This document shows positions 11,001 through 19,800 of a DNA stretch of 49,422 bases, one piece after another (the stretch's first letter is position 1; every line of letters begins with the position of its first letter). The position numbers were made by a program, and so were the translations under genes. The DNA comes from a virus. Its lineage: Duplodnaviria > Heunggongvirae > Uroviricota > Caudoviricetes. The DNA lies in IMG/VR virus record IMGVR_UViG_3300020048_000019, positions 128,001 through 177,422 of that record; one strand, written 5' to 3'. Under the pieces are notes generated by a model, which worked only from the letters and a program-made list of their open reading frames with translations, had not been told where the DNA came from and did not search any database.

Positions 11001-11118
11001 CGTGCAGTTGTATTGGACCAGTATTGATGCTCAGTTGCGTATACTTGCGCAAGGCACTCAGATCAATCCAACCCGACCAGCAACTCCTGCATTGATAGTC
11101 ACAGTTACACAGGCCTAA
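8038..11118 (+). CDS. Fibre/appendage protein
   Basis: 1026 aa, G/T/N/V-rich; GN(I/V)xGGN repeats, YKGTWNA..NTP motif, VTSFNxRTGAVTL, Mtd_N-like N-terminus and a jelly-roll-like C-terminal head. Confidence 0.8.
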   Translation: MSFIQNLFTSRDNSANTETYVGQQGRIWWNPDTNAFYYSDGSTPGGVVITGGSSGNGVPGGTTNSVQYNAGGGTFGGSSAFTYSGTTLTITGNVAPGNILTNNYLYANGVSIFGNTPFAGNTTFANISVTGTANLGNFTINDQTLSGTVSGRDVTIATVGTANVEILGAFHVHSAGNVESDPEFVIAQDGQATFFVPVIDSSAGAVEIIGSTSGVVVPLGNPGGMLHVTGQNNEASRVYNDGVNNYPVYIGRRFNGTSAAPTGVLGGQTINRIAANPYLTDTAGFPTLGTARIDFVATQDQTTTAQGSRIVLSVTPTGSNVQATVASFDTSGIELTGNLLPLTDNIYSLGNVSRRWIGAYFGNAGIYIQDETLGTTGSLSLDNGIMLMDGNIDGLQIGSGNSIQLTTDGITVSNSALDINLGTVGDTGNTHILNAGIKFTDGTVQSTAAIPLIQKGAALGVVPLNAATKIDSIYLPSGGPVYKGTWNALTNTPTLADGTGTAGDLYIVSVAGTQNLGSGSITFAIGDEVVYNGTIWQRVAAGAIGVTSFNTRTGAVTLTSADVTTALSNGAIVNSKLANSNVTINTGIGLAGGGTVALGGTLTLTATGILNVLGGTGVTVTTADNNATVSIGQPVGTSNSVSFLSVTSNTTVQATGNITGGNIATAGRIVATGNVNANNFITSTGTVVNNGLFTTANVVGGNLAITGVASVTGNITGGNINTVGRVSVTGNVIGGNLVGQNLTPTRVTFVGSGKEIDDDAEFTYDDVTNTLSVGNISATGNVTAAYFLGNGTQLTGVSTLGFSTVSANGTSLVADSAADTLTFASGNNLVLTGNATTDTATFAVSDSPTFIGNVTAAYFIGNGSALTSVVGGSKYFGSFLSSTTQTNTVPGNALPMTLDTADSWNNGVSLGGPAPNSHVVMANPGIYNIQFSAQLDKTDAGTDVIDIWLSQDGVNVPNTNTTVTLTGNDNKVVAAWNFLVQTTTANSYVQLYWTSIDAQLRILAQGTQINPTRPATPALIVTVTQA

Positions 11119-11119
11119 T

Positions 11120-11557
11120 ATGAAAAAACTACTTTTACTCTTGCTTGCGGTGCCATTCCTGGCATTCGCACAACCCAAACAAAAACCTGGCGTTACGTAT
11201 GACGCTGTAATCACCAGAGTGATTGACGGAGACACAGTAGGCATCGCTGCCACTTGGTTGCCGGCTCCGCTCAAACCAGAACTCAGCATCCGAGTGTTTG
11301 GAGTTGACACCCCCGAAAAAGGGTTTAGAGCACAGTGCCCAAGTGAAGCAGCACGTGGCGAAGCAGCCAGTGCATTTACCAAGGCGCAAATCAACGCTGC
11401 TACCAAACGTCAAATTGTGCTCATGGACTGGGACAAGTACGGTGGCCGCGTGTTAGGTGACATACTACTCAATGGTGTTAGCTTACGGCAGCAATTAATT
11501 GCCAATGGATTTGCCCGTGAATACTACGGCGAAGCAAAGACTTCCTGGTGTAACTGA
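11120..11557 (+). CDS. Thermonuclease (SNase family) with a signal peptide
   Basis: RVIDGDT, IRVxGVDTPE and DKYGGRVL motifs; N-terminal MKKLLLLLLAVPFLAFA. Confidence 0.9.
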   Translation: MKKLLLLLLAVPFLAFAQPKQKPGVTYDAVITRVIDGDTVGIAATWLPAPLKPELSIRVFGVDTPEKGFRAQCPSEAARGEAASAFTKAQINAATKRQIVLMDWDKYGGRVLGDILLNGVSLRQQLIANGFAREYYGEAKTSWCN

Positions 11558-11591
11558 TTTACTCGTCGTTGACTGATAGATAAGTAAACAC

Positions 11592-12026
11592 ATGCGGGCA
11601 AAAGAATTTTTACTAGAAGGCGAAGGGATTACAATCAATATCCCTATCACAATTACCATTCCAAGCGATGGCAAGGGTCTTACCATTGGAGCAAATGGGC
11701 AAAATCATACCATTGCTATGCCCAAGAGTGATGAGTTGCCCGAATCGCCTGTGTTTGTGAGTCCTTTGCAACAAGAACTTGAGCTTAAAAAGCAACAAGG
11801 CGGCAAAGGCAGCAAGATTATTAATCAAATTCTCAGAGATGACGGGGCTGATAGTGAGCTCAGTAACAGCGGTGAGTATTTTGATGATGAGCCTGAGTCA
11901 AAACAAAAGAAAAAACTCGTAAAAGAAAAAAGCATCTACAGTTTAGCTGAAGGTGCAGATCTTGATGATCTTATAGCCGCATTTGAGAACCAACAAAAAG
12001 AGGCTACGGACCGTGGCTCTTTATAA
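11592..12026 (+). CDS. MRAKEF-family protein with a PLQxxxELxK motif
   Basis: TAAGTA 5 nt upstream; N-terminus MRAKEFLLE; FVSPLQQELELKK. Confidence 0.6.
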   Translation: MRAKEFLLEGEGITINIPITITIPSDGKGLTIGANGQNHTIAMPKSDELPESPVFVSPLQQELELKKQQGGKGSKIINQILRDDGADSELSNSGEYFDDEPESKQKKKLVKEKSIYSLAEGADLDDLIAAFENQQKEATDRGSL

Positions 12027-12465
12027 GATATCATCCAGCCGTGTAAACAACATTGAGGCTAGTGAATACACAGGATCTGTGGTTGAGCAAGGTCTAATCT
12101 GGTACGATCCCGATTCAGGCATTCTGCGACTTTACAACAGTGAAGTTGGTGGCTACATTATTTCAAGTGGCAACGGTAGTCCAACAAATCAAATTTCCAA
12201 CGGTGACAGCAACGTAGTAGTCAACAGCAATGGTTACGTGACTATTTCAGTCAACGGCGTTGCAAACGTGGCAGTATTTGAAGGTCCGCAAGCTATTTTT
12301 GACAGTGTGCAATCAACTGGCAATATCAGCACTGATGGGTATTTTATTGGCGATGGTAGTTTGCTTACCGACATACAAATGTCTGGAGTATTTGGCTTAG
12401 TTATTGATGGGGGTAATGCTGCTGCGGCCAGCACTGATTTTATCATCGACGGAGGCGTCGCATGA
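12013..12465 (+). CDS. Short fibre-like protein
   Basis: GTG start after AAGAGG; N-terminus similar to the 8038 protein; YFIGDGSLLT and two IDGG motifs. Confidence 0.6.
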   Translation: MALYKISSSRVNNIEASEYTGSVVEQGLIWYDPDSGILRLYNSEVGGYIISSGNGSPTNQISNGDSNVVVNSNGYVTISVNGVANVAVFEGPQAIFDSVQSTGNISTDGYFIGDGSLLTDIQMSGVFGLVIDGGNAAAASTDFIIDGGVA

Positions 12466-12971
12466 GCGTGGGAAATGCTGGTGCAACTATCAAACTCAGA
12501 CGTGACATTGCATCCACATGGACTGCTGCAAATCCTGTCTTGTCAGCTGGCGAACCAGGTCTGGAAACTGATACTAGGTTAATCAAATACGGTGACGGGA
12601 TAACACCCTGGAACGACCTAGAATATTCAGCAGTTGCCCCAACTGCGGTCGCAGCACCGGTGAGTAATTTTCCTCCCGCCGACTCAGTACCAGGCATGTT
12701 GTGGTTTGACAATGCAATGGATCAAATGAAAGTTTACAACGAGTCATCTGACTCCTGGGTGGCACTTGCGCCCAAAAGTATTAGATACTCATTTAGCGAA
12801 TCCAGTAACTGGCTGGTAGAACACAATAGAAATACCACAGCATACACAGTTACGCTAACTGATTCTGATGGTGACATGTTTTATGCCAAAATTCGTATAA
12901 TTGATAATAACAGCTTTTCGATTGTGATGACTTCGGCAGTAAGTGGTGTAGCAGACGTTACCTTCGTATAA
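12462..12971 (+). CDS. Fibre protein with an Mtd_N/hyaluronidase-N-type anchor domain
   Basis: IKLRRD.A..W..ANPVL..GE.G.ETDT...K.GDG.T.WN.L.Y signature. Confidence 0.8.
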   Translation: MSVGNAGATIKLRRDIASTWTAANPVLSAGEPGLETDTRLIKYGDGITPWNDLEYSAVAPTAVAAPVSNFPPADSVPGMLWFDNAMDQMKVYNESSDSWVALAPKSIRYSFSESSNWLVEHNRNTTAYTVTLTDSDGDMFYAKIRIIDNNSFSIVMTSAVSGVADVTFV

Positions 12972-12985
12972 CAAAATACAACAAC

Positions 12986-13192
12986 ATGATTATACAAATC
13001 TCAAAACGTGAGTTGCATCTTGCTGCGTTTATTAAACATCACGGAGCAAGCCTTCTTGACTACAAGTCAGGGCAATTTATATTTGAAAGTGAATTGACAG
13101 AAGTAGAGCTGCGGGTGCTGCACAGCAAGTCAGAAGCACTCAAAGTGGACAGGGAATTGTTTACTCTCAAGGCATTTTTTGTTAGAGAGTAA
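12986..13192 (+). CDS. Small hypothetical protein (DUF5659-like pattern)
   Basis: 68 aa; LAAFI...G..L......FIFE pattern. Confidence 0.45.
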   Translation: MIIQISKRELHLAAFIKHHGASLLDYKSGQFIFESELTEVELRVLHSKSEALKVDRELFTLKAFFVRE

Positions 13193-13224
13193 TTATCTAC
13201 ATCGATATTTTTTAATGATTTCGT

Positions 13225-13314
13225 TATAAGTAATTTGAACACGAGAAGAGACACCGAAGAGCATATCTATAGTATAGAAATATACTAGCATAATTTTGGC
13301 CGTGCCAAAATTAT
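13225..13314 (+). promoter_or_regulatory. Late promoter variant TATAAGTA followed by a two-hairpin leader
   Basis: TATAAGTA 13225-32; TAGTATA-GAAA-TATACTA 13270-87; ATAATTTTGGC-CGT-GCCAAAATTAT 13290-314. Confidence 0.55.
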
Positions 13315-13347
13315 ATACTCATTTTTGAAAATAACGAAAGAATAACG

Positions 13348-16197
13348 ATGGCTACAACATCTAATTTTATTAAATTCCATGGCATTACCATGGCAAACAA
13401 CAGCTGGATTGAGAACCTTTACGTCGAACGGCTAACTGCTGATCCAATCCCGGCGCAACCAGGCCGCATCTGGATGAACACCACAACCAAGAGAATGAAA
13501 TTCTCTTCCCTGAATGATGCAGGCGCAGTGGTTGTATATGACTTCGCAATTCCTGCAGACTTTGCAGACACACTGCAAACTGCAAAGGACTACACTGATC
13601 AAGAAGTTGCAGCACTGGTTGCAAGTGCTCCTGACCTGTTGAACACACTGAAAGAGTTGGCTGACGCAATCCAAGGTGATGCAAACTTTGCAACAACTGT
13701 TGCAACATCAATTGCAACAAAATTATCAAAGAGTGGCGACACTATGTCGGGCTTGTTGACATTGAGTGGAGCCCCACAAGATGCCTTACATGCAACTACT
13801 AAATTGTATGTTGATGGTTTAATCGACGAACAGATGATTTACAGTACAGATGATGTACCAGAAGGTGTATTAAATTCATACTACCATACTGCACTTGTTC
13901 AAGCCGATATTGGTTTAACAAGCGACAACACCGCAGTATTAAGTTACGCAAACGGACAATTTACTTACAATCACCCAGGTAGTGATGATATCTTAGAAGG
14001 CCAGACTAACCAATACTTCACAACTGCTCGCGTTCGAGACTCGATTAGCGTAGCTGGTGGCAGTTCTGGTAGTACACCAACTACTGTAACATACCGTACG
14101 TCGATGATGGAGTTCACGAACTTTGATTACAATACAATGGGTGCTGCTCCTAAAATTGTTATCAGTAATGCATCAATGGGCCTACTAGCTGCACTACAAG
14201 CTGGTTCAATTGCTGTTGGTTCCACGCTCACTGTACCTAGTATGATGGGCGGAAATACTGTGTTCACAGTAACTGGCGCCTGGAACAGTGCAGAAAAAGA
14301 TGCTTGGTCTGCTGACGTAACTAAAGTTTCTGGTTCAAACCCAATGAGTGTTTCTTCATTCAGCGTTTCAACTGGTTCAAGTGGTTCAGGCTCTAGCTTA
14401 TTAAGCTACAGCAGCTCGACTGGTGAATTTACATTCACTACTCCGGACACTGATGAGATCGCCGAAGGTACTAACCAGTACTTTACAACAACTCGTGCTC
14501 GTGCTTCTATCAGTGGTGGTAACAACATCAGCTATGATTCAGCAACTGGTATTATCAGTTCTGTTGCTACAATTGAAAGCGTTAACGGCCAGACTGGTGT
14601 TGTTGTTTTAACAACTTCACACATTGATGAAGGTGCACAGTTGTACTTTACAGACGGTCGTGCAGTTAATGCCAACGCCGACGCTGTTGCTGCTGTGCAA
14701 GCCGCAGTTGACGCTGAAGCTATTGCTGCTCGTGCTGCCGAAGCTACTTTGACAACTGATTTAGCTGCTGAAGCAACTCGTGCCACTGCTGCCGAAGGCG
14801 TACTGACCAGTGCCGTTACTACTGAAACCAATCGTGCAACTGCTGCTGAAGGTGTAAACGCACAAGCAATTGCAGATGAAGTTGTTCGTGCTACTGCTGC
14901 CGAAGGCGTATTGACTGGCGCTATTGCTGCTGAAGCAACAACTGCTCGTGCTGCTGAAGGTGTATTATCAACTGACCTAGCTGCTGAAGTTACTCGTGCT
15001 ACTGGTGCAGAAGCAACACTAACTACCAACTTGTCAGCTGAAGTTATTCGTGCTACTGGTGCAGAAGCAGCATTGGGTTCACGCATTGACAGCGCATTGG
15101 CCAACATTGATCCAGTTGCCATTGACAGTATCAGCGAAGTTTTAGCTGCTTTCCAAACTGCAGATGGCGACATCCTGGCTTCTATCAGTGCATTGAGCAC
15201 CACTGCTGCAAGCAATTTGGCCGCCGAAGTAACTCGTGCTACTGCTGCAGAAGCTGGTTTAGCAAGTGATTTAGCAATGGAAGCTTCTGCTCGTGGAAAT
15301 AATGATGCTGCAACTGTAGCTTCTATTGCTGCTGAAGTTACCCGTGCCACTGCTGCAGAAGTTGCTGTTGCTGCTGACCTTGCTACTGAAGTTACCCGTG
15401 CTACTGGTGCTGAAGCAACATTAACTACTGCTATTGCTACTGAAGCAACAACTGCTCGTGCTGCTGAAGGCATATTGACCGTGGCTATTTCTAACGAAGT
15501 TGCTCGTGCTACTGCTGCTGAAGGTGTATTGACAACTGACCTGGCTAACGAAGCAACAGCACGCATTGCTGGAGATGCCACAGCAGCAACTGATGCAACT
15601 ACCAAAGCCAATGCAGCTCAGGCAGCAGCAGCAACTGATGCAACTACCAAAGCCAATGCAGCTCAGACAGCAGCAGCAACTGATGCAACTACCAAAGTAG
15701 CTGCTGAAGAAACTCGTGCGATGCTGGCAGAAGACGGCCTGGCAGCTGATATCACTGCTGAAGAAACTCGTGCAATGTTGGCTGAAACTGGTTTGGACAC
15801 TCGTGTCACAACCGTGGAAGGCCAAGTTAGTGGTAAAATTGGTGACCTGACAACCCTGACTACTGATGCTAAAACATCTTTGGTTGCTGCAATCAACGAA
15901 GTTGATGCCAATGTCAACACCGAAGCAACTGCTCGTGCTGCTGCTGACACTGCTATTCGTTCAGCTTACAATGCAACAAACTTTACATTCCAGTCAGGTA
16001 TTGCTGCCACAACACACGTGGTAACACACAGCTTGGATGCTGATTTTGTATCGTTCACTGTGATGATTGAACGCGATGATGGCACATATCGTAACGATAT
16101 TGTCAGTGTTGCTGAAACTAGCAGAAATGCATTGACTGTGTACCTGTCTGAATCTGCAAAGATCAAGATGGCTGTTCACAGCATGTCTGCTCTGTAA
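13348..16197 (+). CDS. Long Ala/Thr-rich coiled-coil fibre protein
   Basis: APxxLNTLKELAxA fibre motif, DD..EG..N.Y.T..R repeats, and many ~18-aa E.TRA..AE repeats. Confidence 0.8.
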   Translation: MATTSNFIKFHGITMANNSWIENLYVERLTADPIPAQPGRIWMNTTTKRMKFSSLNDAGAVVVYDFAIPADFADTLQTAKDYTDQEVAALVASAPDLLNTLKELADAIQGDANFATTVATSIATKLSKSGDTMSGLLTLSGAPQDALHATTKLYVDGLIDEQMIYSTDDVPEGVLNSYYHTALVQADIGLTSDNTAVLSYANGQFTYNHPGSDDILEGQTNQYFTTARVRDSISVAGGSSGSTPTTVTYRTSMMEFTNFDYNTMGAAPKIVISNASMGLLAALQAGSIAVGSTLTVPSMMGGNTVFTVTGAWNSAEKDAWSADVTKVSGSNPMSVSSFSVSTGSSGSGSSLLSYSSSTGEFTFTTPDTDEIAEGTNQYFTTTRARASISGGNNISYDSATGIISSVATIESVNGQTGVVVLTTSHIDEGAQLYFTDGRAVNANADAVAAVQAAVDAEAIAARAAEATLTTDLAAEATRATAAEGVLTSAVTTETNRATAAEGVNAQAIADEVVRATAAEGVLTGAIAAEATTARAAEGVLSTDLAAEVTRATGAEATLTTNLSAEVIRATGAEAALGSRIDSALANIDPVAIDSISEVLAAFQTADGDILASISALSTTAASNLAAEVTRATAAEAGLASDLAMEASARGNNDAATVASIAAEVTRATAAEVAVAADLATEVTRATGAEATLTTAIATEATTARAAEGILTVAISNEVARATAAEGVLTTDLANEATARIAGDATAATDATTKANAAQAAAATDATTKANAAQTAAATDATTKVAAEETRAMLAEDGLAADITAEETRAMLAETGLDTRVTTVEGQVSGKIGDLTTLTTDAKTSLVAAINEVDANVNTEATARAAADTAIRSAYNATNFTFQSGIAATTHVVTHSLDADFVSFTVMIERDDGTYRNDIVSVAETSRNALTVYLSESAKIKMAVHSMSAL
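14700..15800 (+). repeat. Imperfect coding tandem repeats (AEVTRATAAEG units; ATDATTKANAAQ units at ~15585-15700)
   Basis: Recurrent gaagttactcgtgctactgctgc-like units; boundaries approximate. Confidence 0.85.
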
Positions 16198-16240
16198 TAG
16201 AGTATTGACACAACACACTGGCAATGCCAGTGTGCAGATC

Positions 16241-16272
16241 AAACCAACAGGTTCGCTTGTTGGTTTTTTTTT
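16241..16272 (+). terminator. Rho-independent terminator
   Basis: AAACCAACAGG-TTCG-CTTGTTGG followed by a T-run. Confidence 0.9.
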
Positions 16273-16310
16273 GATTAGATTCGTATGTAGATATTGTTGA
16301 ACAGTTTTAC

Positions 16311-16318
16311 TATAAATA
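16311..16318 (+). promoter_or_regulatory. T4 late promoter consensus TATAAATA
   Basis: Exact match directly after the terminator and upstream of the 16343 ORF. Confidence 0.75.
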
Positions 16319-16342
16319 ATTCTGTAACAACTAAGAAAAGGC

Positions 16343-16555
16343 ATGATGCAAAACTTAAAAAATGTATGGTTAGATTCTCTTACATCATTTGATGATGTAT
16401 TGTTAGAGATTAAAACGAACCTACGAATTCTAAAAGATAATGCACATATCGCAGACTTCTCAGATTTACCAGTGAAGCAGCAATATATCAATGATATAGC
16501 ATTTATGAAACAATTTTTTGAACGAGCGGAGTCTTTGACTCGGAAAAATAAATGA
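16343..16555 (+). CDS. Small helical hypothetical protein
   Basis: 70 aa; stop overlaps the next start. Confidence 0.6.
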   Translation: MMQNLKNVWLDSLTSFDDVLLEIKTNLRILKDNAHIADFSDLPVKQQYINDIAFMKQFFERAESLTRKNK

Positions 16556-16815
16556 TGGATCGTCGATATAATCACCATATACATGGTTGGCTAGAAAAGA
16601 TTGAGCATAATATTGAGAAGTTTAGAACGACTCGACCTGATTCGAGCGATGAAGAGAGGCTGGAATTTATCTCACACCAATATCATTTGGTAATGTTGAT
16701 TAGTCGGGCTTTACAAGGAACTGTAATATTCGTGGGTGCGAAACCCATCGAGCCAGTGGTAGTGCCATTGAAAAAGAAGAAAAATACAACAAGGAAACTA
16801 AAAAATGTCAAATGA
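16552..16815 (+). CDS. Small hypothetical protein with a basic tail
   Basis: 87 aa; overlaps both neighbours. Confidence 0.6.
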   Translation: MMDRRYNHHIHGWLEKIEHNIEKFRTTRPDSSDEERLEFISHQYHLVMLISRALQGTVIFVGAKPIEPVVVPLKKKKNTTRKLKNVK

Positions 16816-19800
16816 TAACATAAGAGTACTAGGCGACGTAGAGATTTCAAAATCTCTAAGTTATAAACAAAACTTAACGGAATTCCCCGCAAACCCAAAA
16901 CCAAGAACGCTGATAGTTAAAGATGGCCAACCGTTCCTTTATACTGAAGTGAGTAACGGAAGTGGTTATTTTTCGTGGACGCCAATCGGCGCCAAGCAAA
17001 ATACCTATCTACACAGCCAGGGCCTGGCATCTACCACCTGGACAGTAACGCACGGTTTGAATCAGACTGATTTTGCGTATTTTGTTTATGATAACGACCA
17101 CGTATTGGTGCTTGCTAACAGCACTGTCATTGATGCTAACACAATTGAAATTCATTTGTCAGAAGCCATAACAGGAACAGCAATTGTGTTCGGTATTGGT
17201 CACGTGACAGCACCTGGCATCACAGCAGTTGAGAGCGTTACAATCAATACTATTGTGTTGCGTGACACAGGTGGTGTGTTAACAGTAAACAACAACGCTG
17301 TGGCCTTTGCTGGTTATGTTGACAGCAGTATTGCAGCGATTGAAGCTGAACTGGCTGCATTATCACCGTCGGTACTAACATCAGGCGGCAATGATATTGT
17401 GGCTGTAACTAGTGCAGGCGCAACTATTACTGGTAATTTAATTCCGTCGGCTAACGTTGCTTACAGTTTAGGTGATGCAACTCATCAATGGAAAGATTTA
17501 TGGTTAAGTGGTAGTACAATTAACTTGGGCGGCGCAGTTATCAAGACTGATGCAGCCACAGGTGCAGTTGCAATTATTCCACAAGTGACAGATGCAATTC
17601 CCAACCCAGTTGGTATTGTAATCAGTGCCACTGGTAGCATTACTCCTGTGGCAACCACAGGCGGTGCGATTAGTACAGGAGCAATTGCAGCATCTACTAC
17701 TGATACTGCTCAGGCTTCTGCTACAGTAGAGTCAGTTACTGCATTAGGCGAGCGCATTGATGCTATTTTAACTAATACGGATTCCACAGCACTAAACAGC
17801 TTGGCCGAATTAGTTGCAGCATTCCAAGCAGCAGACGGCAATTTAACTTCGTCTATTAGTAGTTTGTCATCAACTGCAGGCAGCAACTTAGCAGCTGAAA
17901 TCACAAATCGTATTGCTGCTGTTTCTGCTGAAAATGATGCTCGTGTTGCCGGTGATGACACATTACAAGGTCAAATCTATGTAAATGCTACTGCAATTGC
18001 CAACGAAGCAAGTGCAAGAGCAACAGCAGTAGCAGTAGCAATCGCAACAGCAGCTTCAGATGCAACTACCAAAGCCGATGCAGCTCAAGTGGCGGCAGTA
18101 GCAACAGCTAAGATATACTTGGGTGCAGTTACTGCGGACATAGTCCCAGCAACAGATCTGAGTGCTAGCCTAGGTAGCCCAACTAAACAGTTTCACTCAC
18201 TGTATGTTGGTCCAGGTACATTGTATGTTAATGGTAAAGCAGTTATCCAAGATAACAGCGATACAATGACTTTCAGTACTAATGTCAATCAGAATCTGAG
18301 ACTGCAAACATCTGGTTCAGGTCATTTAGAACTACAAGCAGCTACGGGCACGATTGACGTTAAGGGTACACTAAGCATCGAATCGGGTAAACGTATTGTC
18401 GACAATGCTGGTGTACAAGTTCAATTTGGTGACGATGTCCAAATGAATGCCAATAAAGTTATTGGTTTAGGAACTCCGACTGCAAACACTGATGCGGCTA
18501 CCAAGAAGTATGTTGATGATTTAACTACTAATGATAGTACATTAGTTCGTACATTGGGTGTGCAGGCGATTGCTGGAACAAAAACGTTCACCGATGATGT
18601 AACAATTTCTGGTAACTTAATAATTAGCGGTACGGCTACTACAGTTAACAGCGAAACTATCAAGTTAGCCGATAACTTGATTGACTTGAACAGCAATTAT
18701 GTAGCTGGCGTGCCTACTGAAAATGCAGGTATTCGTGTCATGCGCGGCGACGAAGCTGCATCGCAAGTGAGATGGAATGAAGCAACAGATAAGTGGGAAG
18801 TCAGTGCAGACAGCTCTACTTTCTCTGTTATTGCAATAACTGCTGACGTAACCGCAGCAACTACCGCAGCAACTACCGCAGCAGCAACTGATGCGACTAC
18901 AAAGTCTAATGCAGCTCAAGCAGCAGCTATCGGCGCAGCAGCAACAGATGCAAACACAAAAGCCAATGCAGCTCAAGCAGCAGCTATCGGCGCAGCAGCA
19001 ACAGATGCAACCACAAAAGCCAATGCAGCTCAAGCAGCAGCAGCGACTGATGCAACCACAAAAGCCAATGCAGCTCAAGCAGCAGCTATCGGCGCAGCAG
19101 AGACTGATGCGACCACAAAAGCCAATGCAGCTCAAGCAGCAGCAATTAGCACAGCAGCGACTGATGCGACCACAAAAGCCAATGCAGCTCAAGCAGCAGC
19201 AATCAGTGCAGCAGCGACTGATGCGACCACAAAGTCTGCTACCGCAAAGAGTGAAGCAATCAGTGCAGCAGCGACTGATGCAACCACAAAAGCCAATGCA
19301 GCTCAAGCAGCAGCAATTGCCGCAGTTACAAACGGTGCAGGCGCAGCTTTCGATACACTGAAAGAAATCCAAGACGCAATGGCAACAGACACAGAATTGT
19401 CCGCTGCTATAGCTGCTATTAGTAACGTTCCAAGTGCAACCAAGTTGCAAACAGCTCGCACAATTAACGGTGCAAGTTTTGATGGTACCACAAACATCAG
19501 CTTCAGTACAAGTGCTGTAAGTGAAAGTACAAATCTGTATTACACAGATGGACGTGCAAGAGCAGCAGTGAGTGCAGGTACAGCCATTAGCTATAATAAC
19601 ACAACTGGTGTTATCACTAACACTGGTGTGACTGCTTTGACTGGCGGTGGCGGTATTACTGTAAATGCCAGCACTGGTTCTGTTACTCTGGGTTCTAGTG
19701 CAACTAGTGCAAACACTGCCGGAGCTATTGTTTCACGTGGCGCAAGTGGCGAATTTAGTGCAGGGGTAATTACAGCAACTGCAACTTCGGCTCGTTACGC

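Noticed and set aside
13240-13290. GAGA...CACCGAAG resembling a glycine riboswitch
   Set aside because: The downstream conserved CTCTCAGG element and supporting stems are absent
14532-15950. Long antisense ORFs over the fibre genes (also 9480-10298)
   Set aside because: A by-product of stop-poor Ala/Thr/Gly codon usage on the opposite strand
16205-16235. TTGACA after the 949-aa gene as a sigma70 promoter
   Set aside because: No -10 box at 16-18 nt spacing, and a terminator follows immediately
18880-19320. Possible CRISPR array
   Set aside because: The repeats are in-frame coding units without unique spacers; no cas genes
18891-19361. Gln-rich 156-aa ORF (and the Cys-rich antisense ORF 18665-19450)
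   Set aside because: Off-frame shadows of the GCA-rich Ala repeat in the 16805 fibre gene; no RBS
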